NCBI RefSeq assembly: GCF_006345805.1
Contig: NC_042999.1
Span: 75,888,001-75,952,000 of the forward strand
Source: Octopus sinensis
Lineage: Eukaryota
Length of the DNA: 64,000 nucleotides
Direction: 5' to 3'
Shown here: one piece after another, positions 13,655 to 26,311 of the stretch
Numbering within the stretch: the stretch's first letter is position 1
How the letters are laid out: each line of letters starts with the position of its first letter
Position numbers and translations under genes: made by a program
Notes under the pieces: model-generated
Told to the model about the DNA's origin: nothing
Databases searched by the model: none
The model's input: only the letters and a program-made list of their open reading frames with translations

Positions 13655-14444
13655 AGAGATGTATACATATACATTGTTTTCATGGTGTTATAATATGTAT
13701 AAAATGAGTATAATCTTCTTTCTACACATACGCTCAGTCACACATAAATATATGCATATATATATATAATATTTACATTAAATATTGCATCTCAACGGTA
13801 TAATTCAAAATATCTACTTCAATTATCCTTTAATATAACGGAAGTAAATGTCAAATGTAATATAAGCCAAAGTGTGCTGAAATACAAGAAACAATGTAAG
13901 AAATAATCAACAAGTGTATCAATCCAACTTTAAAGAGGAGAATGGCACAGGATAAAACAAAACAAATAACAAGAAAAAAAATCAACAAAAATGCAAGCGA
14001 AAATGAATTAAAAACAACTTTTGTTGCCTATGATATTACTCATTCTCTCATAGTGACATATGAAATGTTATCGAGTCACAACTGAAAAATAACGTTTAAT
14101 AGTTCTGCTGTTATTTAATTGTATACATGACATTAAGGCTGAAGTGGGTTTTTAGGTAAACTCTACAGATAAAGACTAGCAGTTATTATAGAAAATCAGG
14201 CTCACATTGTGAATATTAGTTTTCATTTTTGAATTCTCTTACATTCTGATGGAACAACCAGAGAGTGTAAAAGAAAGAGTAGAAGAGAGAAGTATAGAAG
14301 GAGAAGGTCGAAGTTAAGAATGTGAAAGAAAACAGAAATACTTGTATATAAACTTATATACAAATTTGCAAATATGACTTACGATTCAAAAATTGAATAG
14401 CACCATCTACTGTATGTCATATGAGTTTAAAGGGATATATATAT

Positions 14445-14842
14445 ATTTCTTTATTTCCCACAGAGGGTTAAACATAGAGGGGACAAACAAGGACAAACAA
14501 GGAGGTTAAGACGATTACATCAACCCCAGTGCGTAACAGGTACTTATTTAATCGATCTCAAAAGGATGAAAGGCAAAGTCGACATCGGCGGAATTTGAAC
14601 TCAGAACGTAGTGGCAGACGAAATACCTATTTCTTTACTATCCACAAGGGGCTAAACACAGAGAGGACAAACAAGGACAGACAAACGGATTAAGTCGATT
14701 ATATCGACCCCAATGCGTAACTGGTACTTAATTTATCGACCCCGAAAGGATGAAAGGCAAAGTCGACCTCGGCGGAATTTGAACTCAGAATGTAGTGGCA
14801 GACGAAATACCGCTAAGCATTTCGCCCAGCGTGCTAAGGATT
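14445..14842 (-). mobile_element. SINE family B with tandemly duplicated ~190-bp body
   Basis: The block GGACAAACAAGGAC...GGATGAAAGGCAAAGTCGAC...GAACTCAGAA..TAGTGGCAGACGAAATACC occurs twice. Confidence 0.85.
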
Positions 14843-15102
14843 ATCTTGGCGGTTACCGTGTTTTCTCTTGATTCGGTTTCAGATGCCGACTAATCACAAC
14901 GGTCCTTTTTTGATACCCGAGCTAACAATAAGTTGCAGGCTCTGGTAACTTTTCTCGCTGGGTAGAGGAATTAATAGTGTTAATAATAAAGAGAACAGAG
15001 ATTTTTGTTATTCACATCCATAATTTTATGTAACAGTTATTTCCATCATTTTTACGTGACAAAAAAAAAAAAAATCTCCGTTCTCCTTATATCATATATA
15101 TA

Positions 15103-15520
15103 GACGTAGGAGTGGCTGTGTGGTAAGTAGCTTGCTTACGAACCACATGGTTTCGGGTTCAGTCCCACTGCGTGGCACCTTAGGCAAGTGTCTTCTACTA
15201 TAGCCTCGGGTCGACCAAAACCTTCTGAGTGGATTTGGTAGACGGAAACTGAAAGAAGCTCGTCGTATATATGTATATATACATGTGTGTGTGTGTGTGT
15301 GTTTGAGTGTCTGTGCTTGTCCCCCCAACATCGCTTGACAACCGATGCTGGTGTGTTTACGTCCCCCGTAACTTAGCGGTTCGGCAAAAGTGACCGATAG
15401 AATAAGTGCTAGGCTTACAACGAATAAGTCCTGGGGTTGAGATTTGTTCGACTAAAGGCGGTGCTCCGGCATGACCACAATCAAATGACTGAAACAAGTA
15501 AAAGAGTAAAAGAGTAAAGA
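15103..15520 (+). mobile_element. SINE family A, full length
   Basis: tRNA-like head (TGGCTGTGTGG; GGTTCAGTCC), internal (TA)/(TG) tract, AAGAGT-repeat tail. Confidence 0.9.
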
Positions 15521-16974
15521 GTATATAAGAGGTTGCTAAGTTCCTGGCTTTGGGTAAAAGAAAATACAAAAGGATCAGTTAATTATGTTTTTATTCAACT
15601 TATACCCCTCTCAGAGTCACAAACTTATTGCAGTGGTCTTCAATTTTTCTAAAATCTTGTAAAAGAACTCGGAACGTTGGACCTCCAGCCAGGCCTTTCG
15701 CGACACCCTTTGTACACACATGCATACACAGACACGCACACACATGTATATATATATGAATATGTATGTGTGTGTACTTGCACGCGTTTGTGTCTACGTG
15801 TAAATGCATATATATGTCTTTGCGTGTGTATGTATAGATACAGATAAACATACACGCATGCATGTCGGTTCTACAGAAAGGGAACACCTGCAAACATCAT
15901 GTGCAATCTGAAGTATCATTCTAAAAATTACAATTAGAATGTCTCCCTTTAATATAATTACTATAATCATGGCTTGTAATGCTGAAATTAGAAAAGCGTT
16001 TAATTTGTTGCTTCTTTATTACATGTTTTGATAAATTTGAGTGGAAACACCTTTTTCATTAGGGTTTTCTGATTAATGAGTTGAAGTTTTATGTAATTAG
16101 ATTCTGCAAAATCTCTGGATTTTACTGATGGCTTCAGTGCAAGAAATATTTGTCAGCTTCCAAAGAGAGGAAGATTTTGTTACCTCGTTATGAATTTCAA
16201 GACTCTCAAAAGCTAGCTGGATTGGAATTAAATATTCAATTAAATGTATACGTAGAATACAATAGATCATCAAAATAAAGTAAGAAGTTCATGAGGTTAG
16301 AAAATTTAAAGTTACGTAAAGATATCTCAGAATTTAGGACAAACAGAAAGATCACGGAGTAAAAAAACGGAAAAAATAATTTCTGGTGAAGGAAAAAATA
16401 AACACCCTGTTCCACAAACATTCTACTGGATAATGTGTCCATAAAAACTAAGATTCATGAAATAATCCAGAAATAGCTTAACTTTTAAAAACTGTTGACT
16501 TCGGTGAACTAAAAATTTTGTCCATCCAGATACTTAATCAGAAACCATCGAATTAAAGTCATGGGAATGATTTCACTTAAGGAGAGAGGAAAATATTTGA
16601 AGCAGTGACATAAGACTTTAGGGGTATTTCATAAACAGAAGTGATGCATGGCTTATTTTTTGTCATGAATTCTTACTGAAATGCGAAAGCATAAATCAGC
16701 TAAATTTTATGAATGTTTTTCGAAAATCATGAAATTCGCAAGATTTTCTCCAGACTTAAAACCACTTTGAGAATTTATGACAAATTATTAAGTTAAAACT
16801 AAATTCAAGAGATTTAGGAGTATTATTCTTAGCTATTCAGGAAAACCTGTCCAGATAATTTTGGATAAAGCATTGAAATAACTCTAAAATAAACATAACA
16901 TACATTGGTGATTAAATTGTGGTCATAAACATACAATAAACCTATTTTTATTTGATTCTCATTACATTATTATT

Positions 16975-17105
16975 GCTGGCAAAGCTGTTAGCGCATCGGA
17001 CGACGTTCTCCTCGGCATTCCGTCCAAGTTTACGCTCGCAGTTCAAATTCTACCGGCGTCTATTTTGCATTTCATCCTTTTGGCCTTGTACCTATAATAG
17101 AAGGG
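16975..17105 (+). mobile_element. SINE family B, degraded and internally deleted
   Basis: GCTGGCAAAGCTGTTAGC head and TTTCATCCTTT core. Confidence 0.55.
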
Positions 17106-17689
17106 GTTATTATTAATTTTATTATTATTCGATTTCAAGAAAAACTAATTTGAATTTGAAAACAAATTTCGCACTTTGTAATTGGTGGCACGTGTACACA
17201 CACACATACAAACACGCATATGTATACACACACACACGCGCACACACATATATAGGTATTATGTATGTTTGTGTGTGTGTCTGTGTGTAACGAATGCGCA
17301 TACATACTTCATGTTTATATCGCAAAGTGTTATGATGAGGAATATAGAACCATTCATTACATGTAGACGAATTAAATATTCTGTTATAGTATCTGTAAGG
17401 AACATGCTTAATAGATTGTTTCTATTGCTTCTTGATTTCAAGTGTCATCTTTATATCAAAACAACGTAGCTGATAACATTGAAAAGGTGGACACAAGAAT
17501 GAACTACGCACTTCCTACAACAACTTCCGTCTGCAGATATTCAAATTAGATATTCAAGTCAATTAATTCTAAAAATCATCTCAACTTGTAAAAATGCTTC
17601 AACAATTTGTGTGCATTCATGCATATGTTGGTGTGATTAATGCCACTTGGTCTGGTGGTTCGGTCTTTTTCTAGAATGTTAAAAAACGC

Positions 17690-18100
17690 CTTGAAGTGTC
17701 AGATCTGTTTAAATTATTGGATCTGATGTCTATATAGTTATCACACTGAAATTTATTGATAGAAAAGTTTTCTTAGAATTATATAAATAAACAGATTCTT
17801 CGTGTATGGTTTGTATTGCTAAAGAATTTTCAATGGCCGTTCAACTTTCCTTTAATTTTCCAAATATAGTTGGAAAATCCAATGGCTTCCCTCTTCTCTA
17901 TATTTCTGAGGCAATATGAAAATTTATCTACTATTTCAATATGTTTGCTCAAGGCTCTGGCTCTTCAAGATAATCCCAACCTCGCATAAAATAACCCTGT
18001 TGCTCCGGCCTCGCTCGACAAATTAAGTTGGCTTGTTGTCAATACGAGTAATTTTTCTCGACTTATTTGACTTTTATATTAAACTATAGTACCGTATATT
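17690..18100 (-). pseudogene. Penelope-like element GIY-YIG endonuclease relic
   Basis: Minus translation FSYCLRNIEKREAIGFSNYIWKIK...KPY...RICYL...LNRS parallels the PLE C-terminus at 52.9-53.3 kb. Confidence 0.5.
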
Positions 18101-18679
18101 ACATTATATTATATTCAAATAATTTCTTCTAAGGATTGTCGTTTGGACAACGATAATTAAAAAGCCTGAATATTTATACTGAATTTTACATGTAACGGGA
18201 AGGAGCAATGTGATCAGACGATTTTTACGTATTTTGCTGTTAATGTGTATGGGAGGATCAGGATGTAATGAATATTACCATTATATCTGATTGATATCAG
18301 TATGTTATTACAGTAAAAGCACGGTGTATTGAAATGGCTTTTGTGTGGCATTATAATGGGAATTGTAATATTAATAACTTGACAATGTTTTTGAAAGCAT
18401 TGGAGAGAAGTTGGAGTAATTTATAATCTATATGATGCTTTTGAATGCCTTCCAACGTGGCTCGTTTTCATGCATATTTAGGCTGGCTGTAAAGTCGAAG
18501 ACGTTAACTGTACACATGTTCGTGGAAATCGTTATATTAAAGCCGAAATTGAAATGCAAATTATTACACGCACTTATACCATACATACATGCATGCATAT
18601 ATACATACATACATACATACATACATACATACATACATACATACATACATACATACATACATACATACATACAATATAT

Positions 18680-19074
18680 ATATTAGCAATAATTATAACG
18701 ATATAGAATATGGAGATTTGTGCATCCTCAAAATATACTTATTATTTTACAATTCTATACAGCATCTCTTTATGGTTATTACGACACAGCACATACTACG
18801 GAGTGTTGCAGATGCAACCGGCCATGATTTCAGGTCTATTTCAGGGTCTATCCATCTGACTAGCTTCGAAACTAGCCAAATAGACAGAATCTGAAGAAGC
18901 TGCACCGAAAATCGTGCCCAGTCGCATCTGCAACTGTCCGTAAAATGCGCAGTGCAAAAACATGTAGGTCGAAATAGCCATAAAAATATGCTGTATAAAA
19001 CTGCAAAAATAATAATTAAATCTTGATGATGAACAAGTCTCCATATTCTATATCGTTATAATCATTGCTAATAT
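18680..19074. mobile_element. ~395-bp foldback (palindromic) element
   Basis: Ends TATTAGCAAT..TATAACGATATAGAATATGGAGA / TCTCCATATTCTATATCGTTATA..ATTGCTAATA. Imperfect arm symmetry continues to the centre at TTCGAA (18865-18870). Confidence 0.8.
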
Positions 19075-19316
19075 TACCGAAACAATATTACCGTCCAATG
19101 AAGCGAGTACGAATTACCGATCACAGGAACTTACAGAGTGACTGACAACTAATAGTTGTCATACACATTATATACTCTTCGATGTGGTTAGCCGTATCCT
19201 AGATATTAGCTGAGAGCCACCATAGTATGATCCCGGATAATATGTCTGTGCAAACTCTCTCTCTCTCACTTTCTCTATCCCTATATCTCTCTCTCTCTCT
19301 CTCACTTTCTCTATCC

Positions 19317-19372
<56 letters not shown>

Positions 19373-19384
19373 TAATATATATGG

Positions 19385-19752
19385 ATAAAGTAGCTTGCTT
19401 ACCAACCATATGGTTTCGGGTTCAGTCCCACTGCGTAACACCTTGGACAAGTGTCTTTTACGATAACCTCGGGCCGACCAAAGCCTAGTCAGTGAATTTA
19501 GTAGACGGAAACTGAAAGAAGCCCGTCGTATATATGTTTGTATAAATATATATGTATGTGTGTGTATATGTTTGCGTGTCTGTATTTGTCCCCTAACATC
19601 GCTTGACAACCGATGGTGGTGTGTTTACGTCCCCGTAACTTGGCGGTTCGGCACAAGACCGATAGAATAAGTCCTGGGGTCGATTTGCTCGACTAAAGCC
19701 GGTGTTCCAGCATGGCAGCAATCAAATGACTGAATCAAGTAAAAGAGTAAAA
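19385..19752 (+). mobile_element. SINE family A
   Basis: Same body and tail as 15103-15520. Confidence 0.85.
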
Positions 19753-20113
19753 AGACTATATATATAACTCAGTGGAAAAACTAAGCACAGTATTCTCGCT
19801 CTCTTTGCTCCACCCCCTCTCTCTCTCTTTCTCTTTCTTTCGCTTTATACTCAGAGTAATTTCAGTACTGTAAAAACTTTGTACACCCATTCGTGCATAT
19901 GCAGAGATGCAAACCCACACGGTAACATGCACATGTAGACACACAGTCATCAGGCGATATTCCTGTGTGCTTATTGTTCATGCACTACAATCAGCAAAGG
20001 AATAAAAGAGTATTTAGATATATGTGTGTATAGTAGCATGTGTGCGTTTGTGCTCTTCATATATATATATATAATACACATCATATGCATACACACACCT
20101 ACATACATACAAG

Positions 20114-20152
<39 letters not shown>

Positions 20153-20308
20153 TGTGTATGTGTGTAAGTATGTGTGTGTGTGTGTGTGTTTGTCAGAACA
20201 TCGTGTATCTGTTTATTAGTTTGCATTGTATTGCATGCTATGGCTATAATATTCTTTTATGCTGCTTTGCTTTCAGGTAAAGAAATCATCATCACAACCA
20301 AAGGCCTC

Positions 20309-20331
20309 GACTATTATTATTATTATTATTA

Positions 20332-20379
<48 letters not shown>

Positions 20380-20474
20380 CATCATTATTATTATTATTAT
20401 TATTATTATTGTTGTTGTTGTTGTTGTTGTTGCTGTTGTTGTTGTTATTATTATTATTATTATTATCACTATTA

Positions 20475-20553
<79 letters not shown>

Positions 20554-20590
20554 TTCATCATCATCATCAACATCACCATCATCATCATTA
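20309..20590. repeat. (TTA)n/(GTT)n/(CAT)n microsatellite
   Basis: Directly visible. Confidence 0.95.
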
Positions 20591-20899
20591 TTTAGTTGCT
20601 TATTTTTTTCTTGTTATCGCTGTTGTTAGAAGAAAAAGATAAAAAAAAGCAGCCCACACGAATTTTCATACTTATGTATTATGTAAGTTAATGGCTGAAG
20701 CGAACTCATGAATTATTGATGACAGGATTTGCTTATAGTCTCTCCAATCCCCTTTCTATACCACACTGTTCTACGTCCAACAGAAATAGACTTCCATACA
20801 GCATGGATTCCATAAATTTGACCGTTATATAGCGACTCTTTAGTTTATCACTCTAAACTAGTGAAATAGAAACTACGACGCTTAGATATTCTAAGCGCT

Positions 20900-23010
20900 G
20901 TCATGAGGATCGGTGATGGAGAAGCTAGTGCTGGTATTACAATGGCGGCGGTGGTGGTGGTAACAGTGGTAATGGTGGTGATACAATTTGGATGTGATAA
21001 TGGTAGTGGTGTCTGTAATTGTGATTATTGTTGTGTTGTTGGTGATGGCAGAATGAGGTTGTGATAATAATAATATTGGTGGTGTTAGCAGATACAATAA
21101 TATGAAATGTAGTAGTGATGGTGGCCTCAGAATGTGATTATGAAAATGGCGGATGCAATAATAGTGTTGATCATAATGGCAGGATGTGATTGTTGTAATG
21201 CTCATGGTGGCGGTGTTCGTACCGCCGTTGCCGCTGCTGCTGCTGCTGCTGCTGGTGGCGGGGTTTAGGGAATGACAGAGACTTGGTATGCAGGATGTGA
21301 TGCTAGAATATTAACGTCGTTGAATGTGATGACGGGTAGTAGCTATGATTATTGTTGTTGTTGTTGTTTAAACCACAGGTCGGTTAGCCCTCATCAAACA
21401 GTACTACAATCAAAAGCATTCCAGCTGTGAAAGTGGTGATGGTTTCAGCGGATGCAATGATAGTGTTGAGAGTAACTACAGAATGTGATTGTGATAATGC
21501 TGTCAGAGGCGGCGGCAGTGGTGTTGGTAGCAGCGGTGATGCTACTGGTTGTGGTAGCGGCCATTTCATCATTTTTTAGATATGGTGTATATAAAACATA
21601 ATACAATATCTTCCTATTATCGTTTAAATGACGGCAGACTGTAGTTTGAGTGAGATTTGGTTGCTATTTTTACCAAACAGGGTACCATGTAATGATTCCT
21701 TAATAGGCTCCTATACGGTAATGATGGGGCAAGTGACAATGATGATGGTGATAGTGATGGTGTTGAATGCGACGGCGACATCAGTGGCTTTGAATGAACG
21801 ATAATGTTGGTGGTGCCCGTGAGGGTAATGATGATATAGATGACACTACTGAACGTTGGTAATGGTATTAGTGGTTGTTAGGATGCAGTGGTGGTAGTAG
21901 TAGTTTTTTTAGGTATTTATTCACTGCGGTGTCGAATGGTGTCGAATGTAAAGTAGGTGGCGATTTTTAATCGTGCTGGAAGTGGCGTTTGGGATACTAA
22001 CAAATGAATGTACCGTGGGTGATGGTGGTGGTAGTGATGACTGTGAAGCTTTCAGTAGCAATACTAGAGATATGTTGGTGGTCTTGGTTGTGGTGATGAT
22101 GTTGGTAATGGTAATAGTAACGGTTTTCTGTTATTGTAGTTGTATAGCTCATGGCGAAACTCTGATAGAACAGACCTGTGATGAAAGTTATTCCAGCCAT
22201 GACCATTCCGTTTGGTATTTTTAAAAGTTGGGTTATCTACTACAACAGTATCTAATGTTGTTCCTAAGGATACTAGAGATTGATTTGAGGAGTGATTTGG
22301 CTGCTATTTCATGGATGGTGTGTGGAAGTGAGAGAGAATTCCAACTGTCCTTATCTTACCGTTCTGCAGTTGTGTCACTAAGAACAGACTAGACTAAATC
22401 AGACTACATAATCCAACGGGTTCTTTCTTTTCTAAAGCAACAGGGTGTAATTTGAGGACGATTTGGTTACTATTCCTAAACAGGTCGAGTGACAACGTAG
22501 ATATCCTGTCACTGGCTCGGTGGATGGCTTTTGGTTGAAATGGCGTTTATTTTCGTAAAAGTGTTGACGGTTGTGTTTGTGTGAGTAATACTGGGGTTGA
22601 TAGCGTTTTCAGTCACTGCGATGGATGAGGTAATAATGTAGCCGTTAATGATGATAATGCTGTTACTGGCGGCGGCGGCGGTGGTGGTGGTGGTGGTGGG
22701 GGGATGGTGGTGGTGGTGGTGGTGGTGGTGTTGGCGGCGGTGGTGATTCGGTCTTGCTGGTAAGCTAATGATAATGATGGTATTAATGTTGTTGTTTGCA
22801 GTGGGTAGGGTGATGATAATAAAGTTGATGCTGTTGTTGCTGTTTTTTGTTGTTTCGTTGTTGTTGGTGTTGTTAGCGGCGGCGGCGGCGGTGGCGGTAG
22901 TCGTAATAGGTTTCTCAACATCGGTGGTGGTGTACGTAATATAGGCGTAGTATTGGATTGGATTATGAGGCAAAGGTTCTGGGAGGAAGCAATTTGAAAG
23001 GTCATAACAT
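20900..23010. repeat. Degenerate GGT/GAT/GTT/GGC trinucleotide low-complexity region with interspersed repeat fragments
   Basis: Mosaic of decayed triplet runs with stops in all frames. Confidence 0.7.
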
Positions 23011-23375
23011 AGAAAGGGGCGAGCTGTTATATTCAGCTAATGGTTTCTTCCATTTCGCGAGAATAATCTTTTCTCTGCCATAAAGAAAAGGCATTGAACG
23101 AATTATGGTTGTTATGAAATGGTAGCTGGTGTAGGTAGCTCTCTCAACCAAAGACGTGTGGAAAATCGAAACGCGTGTATCGTGTACATACATACATATA
23201 CATACATACATACATACATATATATATATATAGATAGATGCACATAAATGCGTATATATATATATTATACACACACACACACATATATATATACATATAT
23301 ATGTATTATATACACACACACACATATATATAATATGTATATATAATATATATAATATATATATATATAATATAT

Positions 23376-23406
<31 letters not shown>

Positions 23407-24551
23407 TATATACATACATATATGTATGTGTGTGCGTGCGTGTGCGTGCGTATGTGTGTGCGTGTGTGCATGTGTGTGTGTGTGTATAGATAGATATAAT
23501 ATACTTTTATACAAGAAGAGAGACAGAGAGAAGTTAGCGAGAGGGAAAGCGAAACAAAAAGAAAGCGAAGAAGGAAGAATGTATTGTAGAAAATACATGA
23601 CAAGACGACAGTGATAAACAATTAGAAATATAAAAAGGGAAGGAAATAAAATTAAGGAATGATGGAGAGACGGTGGGATATGTTTAAAAAGATTTCTTGA
23701 GAAAAGCAAGCAGAAAAGGCAAGGCGACACCGCCATATAGAGAAAGAGGATACGAGAGAGCGGTAGAGTGTGAGAGGCAGAATTAGAGAAATGAGACGTT
23801 CATACATTCATGAGAAAAAAAAGAGGCAATGAGAGAAAAGGAGAGCAAAGCGGGAGAAAATACCATGTTGGTATGTAGTTATGCGATAAATAAAGATAAA
23901 AGAAAACCGGAGAAGGAAAAGAGGTACAACGCATGCGCAGGTGTGAATGTGTAAGGGAGAGTGACAGGAGAGAGCTCTGGGATGTGGTCCTTGTGGTGAG
24001 GTGAGATAACAACACGGATAATGCTGCTCAGTTGTGTGTTAACAGTTGCAGTCGTAATGAAAGAAGCTTTATTAGCATTCGTTATTAGAATACACAAGCA
24101 AATAAATTAAGGCGTCTCTATGCGGTTACCAAACCTGCTAGGAATAGCAGCCAAATTTTCTTTAATTCCCAACTTACTGTCTTCATTCGAGGAAATATTT
24201 GTCATTGTCGTCCTAGACATCCCAAATATGGATGGTCATGGATGGAACGCTTTTGAATATAGGTATGTTTGACTCGATTCACAACAAAGAAACATTGATA
24301 ATTATAAATGAATGAACACATAAATATTAGACCTGTATTGATACATTCGTTAGACTCTTTGGTTAGACGCTTTACTTACAACAACAATGTTATGAGGAAA
24401 CGCATGAACGTCATCACCTCCAGTTTTCTTTCAGAAAATTACGACTCACTTTGCTCATGTCACAACGAGAAAGACAGACAGTTTGACAGAAAATTTGATA
24501 GATCGACAAGGATGAAAAGTCGAAGAGCTGTATTTAACTATCGATCTATCG

Positions 24552-24557
24552 ATAGAC

Positions 24558-24610
<53 letters not shown>

Positions 24611-24632
24611 TAGATAGATAGATAGATAGATA
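24552..24632. repeat. (GATA)n, left flank of the Tx1-like insertion
   Basis: Directly visible. Confidence 0.95.
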
Positions 24633-25625
24633 AGTTTCTTTATTGGCCACACAGGGCTGCACACAGATGGGACAAGTTACAAGGTAGAGCTTTTCTTTTG
24701 GGGGATGAAAAAACAAAAAACAAAAGAAACATTAAAAAGGGGGATGGCGTAGGTTTTCGATCAAGAGGGATCGTAAAAGGGAAGAAAAGAAAAAATAATT
24801 AAATAAATAAAATAAAAATAAAAAAAGAAAAAGAAAAAGAAAAGGAAAAGGAACAAAAGAAAAGAGAAATGAAAAAAGAAGAAAAAAGGGGAAAAAAGGG
24901 GAAGAGGAAAAAAACGATCAATAGGGATCGTGTATCACAGTGTTATGATATATGGTGTAAAGGGGAAAGCAAGTAAGGTTTATCCGTGGGAAGAAAAGCC
25001 TACGAAAAAGACCAGGGTAACCTTGGTCAATATTGTTACATGTTACCACATTTGTTTGCAAGTGGGTAACCCTCTGTTTTCAATTTCTGGGTTCATAGGA
25101 TTATGCTCAAGGTGGCTTCGTCATTCATACGTGCCATCCTTGCTACATTCACCCATCTTTTTTAAAAACATTCGCTAGACAAAACTTGCCTCTCTACTCT
25201 CACTTTCCTTTTCAAGTGGTACTTGAAGAAGTTGATGAGAGATTGACCAGAGAGGAAAGTGTTTGTCTCCAATCCTTTCAGACGCGTCCACCAGATACAT
25301 TCTTTCGCCATAGCCACAAGGATGATGAAAATAGCTCTTCCTTCACGTTTGAAGGAAGGAGGCGTGACAATATTGACGATAGACTCAGCTGATAAACCGA
25401 CTCGTCCCACACGTGACAGCAGTTGTTCGACATAAGCCCACAGGTCGGAAATTGTTGGACACTGCACGAGTGCGTGCAGAACTGTTTCGTCGCTCTGACC
25501 GCATCTCGGCAGGTCGGCCCCCTGTTTCTCGAGCCGTGTCTGTAGAGCTTATCCCGAACGGGTAGCGCTTCTTGGTAGCACTGCTAGGCCAGGGATCTCT
25601 GGAAGTTGTCCATGGGCCCTGGCCC

Positions 25626-25629
<4 letters not shown>
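24633..25629 (-). mobile_element. 5'-truncated Tx1-like non-LTR retrotransposon (ORF2 C-terminus plus 3' UTR)
   Basis: Minus strand has PRCGQSDETVLHALVQCP (CCHC-type knuckle), then LWAYVEQLLS...MAKECIWWTR, a T-rich 3' UTR, and AATAAA just before the end. Confidence 0.75.

Positions 25630-25709
<80 letters not shown>
25630..25709. repeat. (GATA)n, right flank of the Tx1-like insertion
   Basis: Directly visible. Confidence 0.95.
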
Positions 25710-25939
25710 TGAAAGGGTTAAGGAAAAGGAGTTAGAGCTATAATTCGAGGTATAACTAGTTTTCTTGACTCTGGGTGACTGACTAGTAATACCTAGCCAA
25801 GATATGTCCTTGCTAAAGGATCCTGGAGTTTATGGTAGGTGAGTGAGAGAAGAATTTTTGAATGAGTGACTAAACATGAGGATAACTTGCGACAATGAGA
25901 TATTAATTCTACATCTTAATTTACTCTAATATCTTATTC

Positions 25940-26070
25940 TATCGGACACTTTTCCCGAACCGCTAGTTTACAGACTATAGTAGAAAACGCTTGCCCAAGA
26001 TGCCACAGTAAGACTGAACCCGGTACCATGTGGCAGGGATGTAATCTTCTTATCACAAAACCACGCCTGC
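25940..26070 (-). mobile_element. SINE family A, deleted and degraded
   Basis: CCGAACCGCTAGTT, TTGCCCAAGATGCCAC, GACTGAACCCGG.ACCATGTGG. Confidence 0.65.
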
Positions 26071-26153
26071 GCGCATATATATACATACATACATACATAC
26101 ACACACACGTTTATCAATTTGCGTTGCAAAATTCTTTATATATATATATATAT

Positions 26154-26311
26154 ACTCTCGGAGTGGTTGGCGTTAGGAAGGGCATCCAGCTGTAGAAATT
26201 CTGCCAGATCAGATTGGAGCCTGGTGCAATCATCTGGTTCGCCAGTCCTCAGTCAAATCGTCCAACCCATGTTAGCATGGGAAGCGGACGTTAAACGATG
26301 ATGATGATGAT
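26154..26311 (+). mobile_element. SINE family D 3' part (V-domain-like) with (GAT)n tail
   Basis: GGCGTTAGGAAGGGCATCCAGCTGTAGAAA resembles the V-SINE domain; near-identical to 40210-40350. Confidence 0.8.

Noticed and set aside
16060-16870. Possible hAT transposase C-terminal relic
   Set aside because: Only faint similarity (KTTLR, LAI) and no TIRs; not enough to call.
20700-20870. Possible RTE RT fragment on the minus strand (ESMLYG)
   Set aside because: A single short motif that could be chance.
22509-23005. Thr/Pro/His-rich ORFs resembling mucin or transcription-factor tails
   Set aside because: They derive from decayed triplet repeats, overlap in different frames, and lack a domain.
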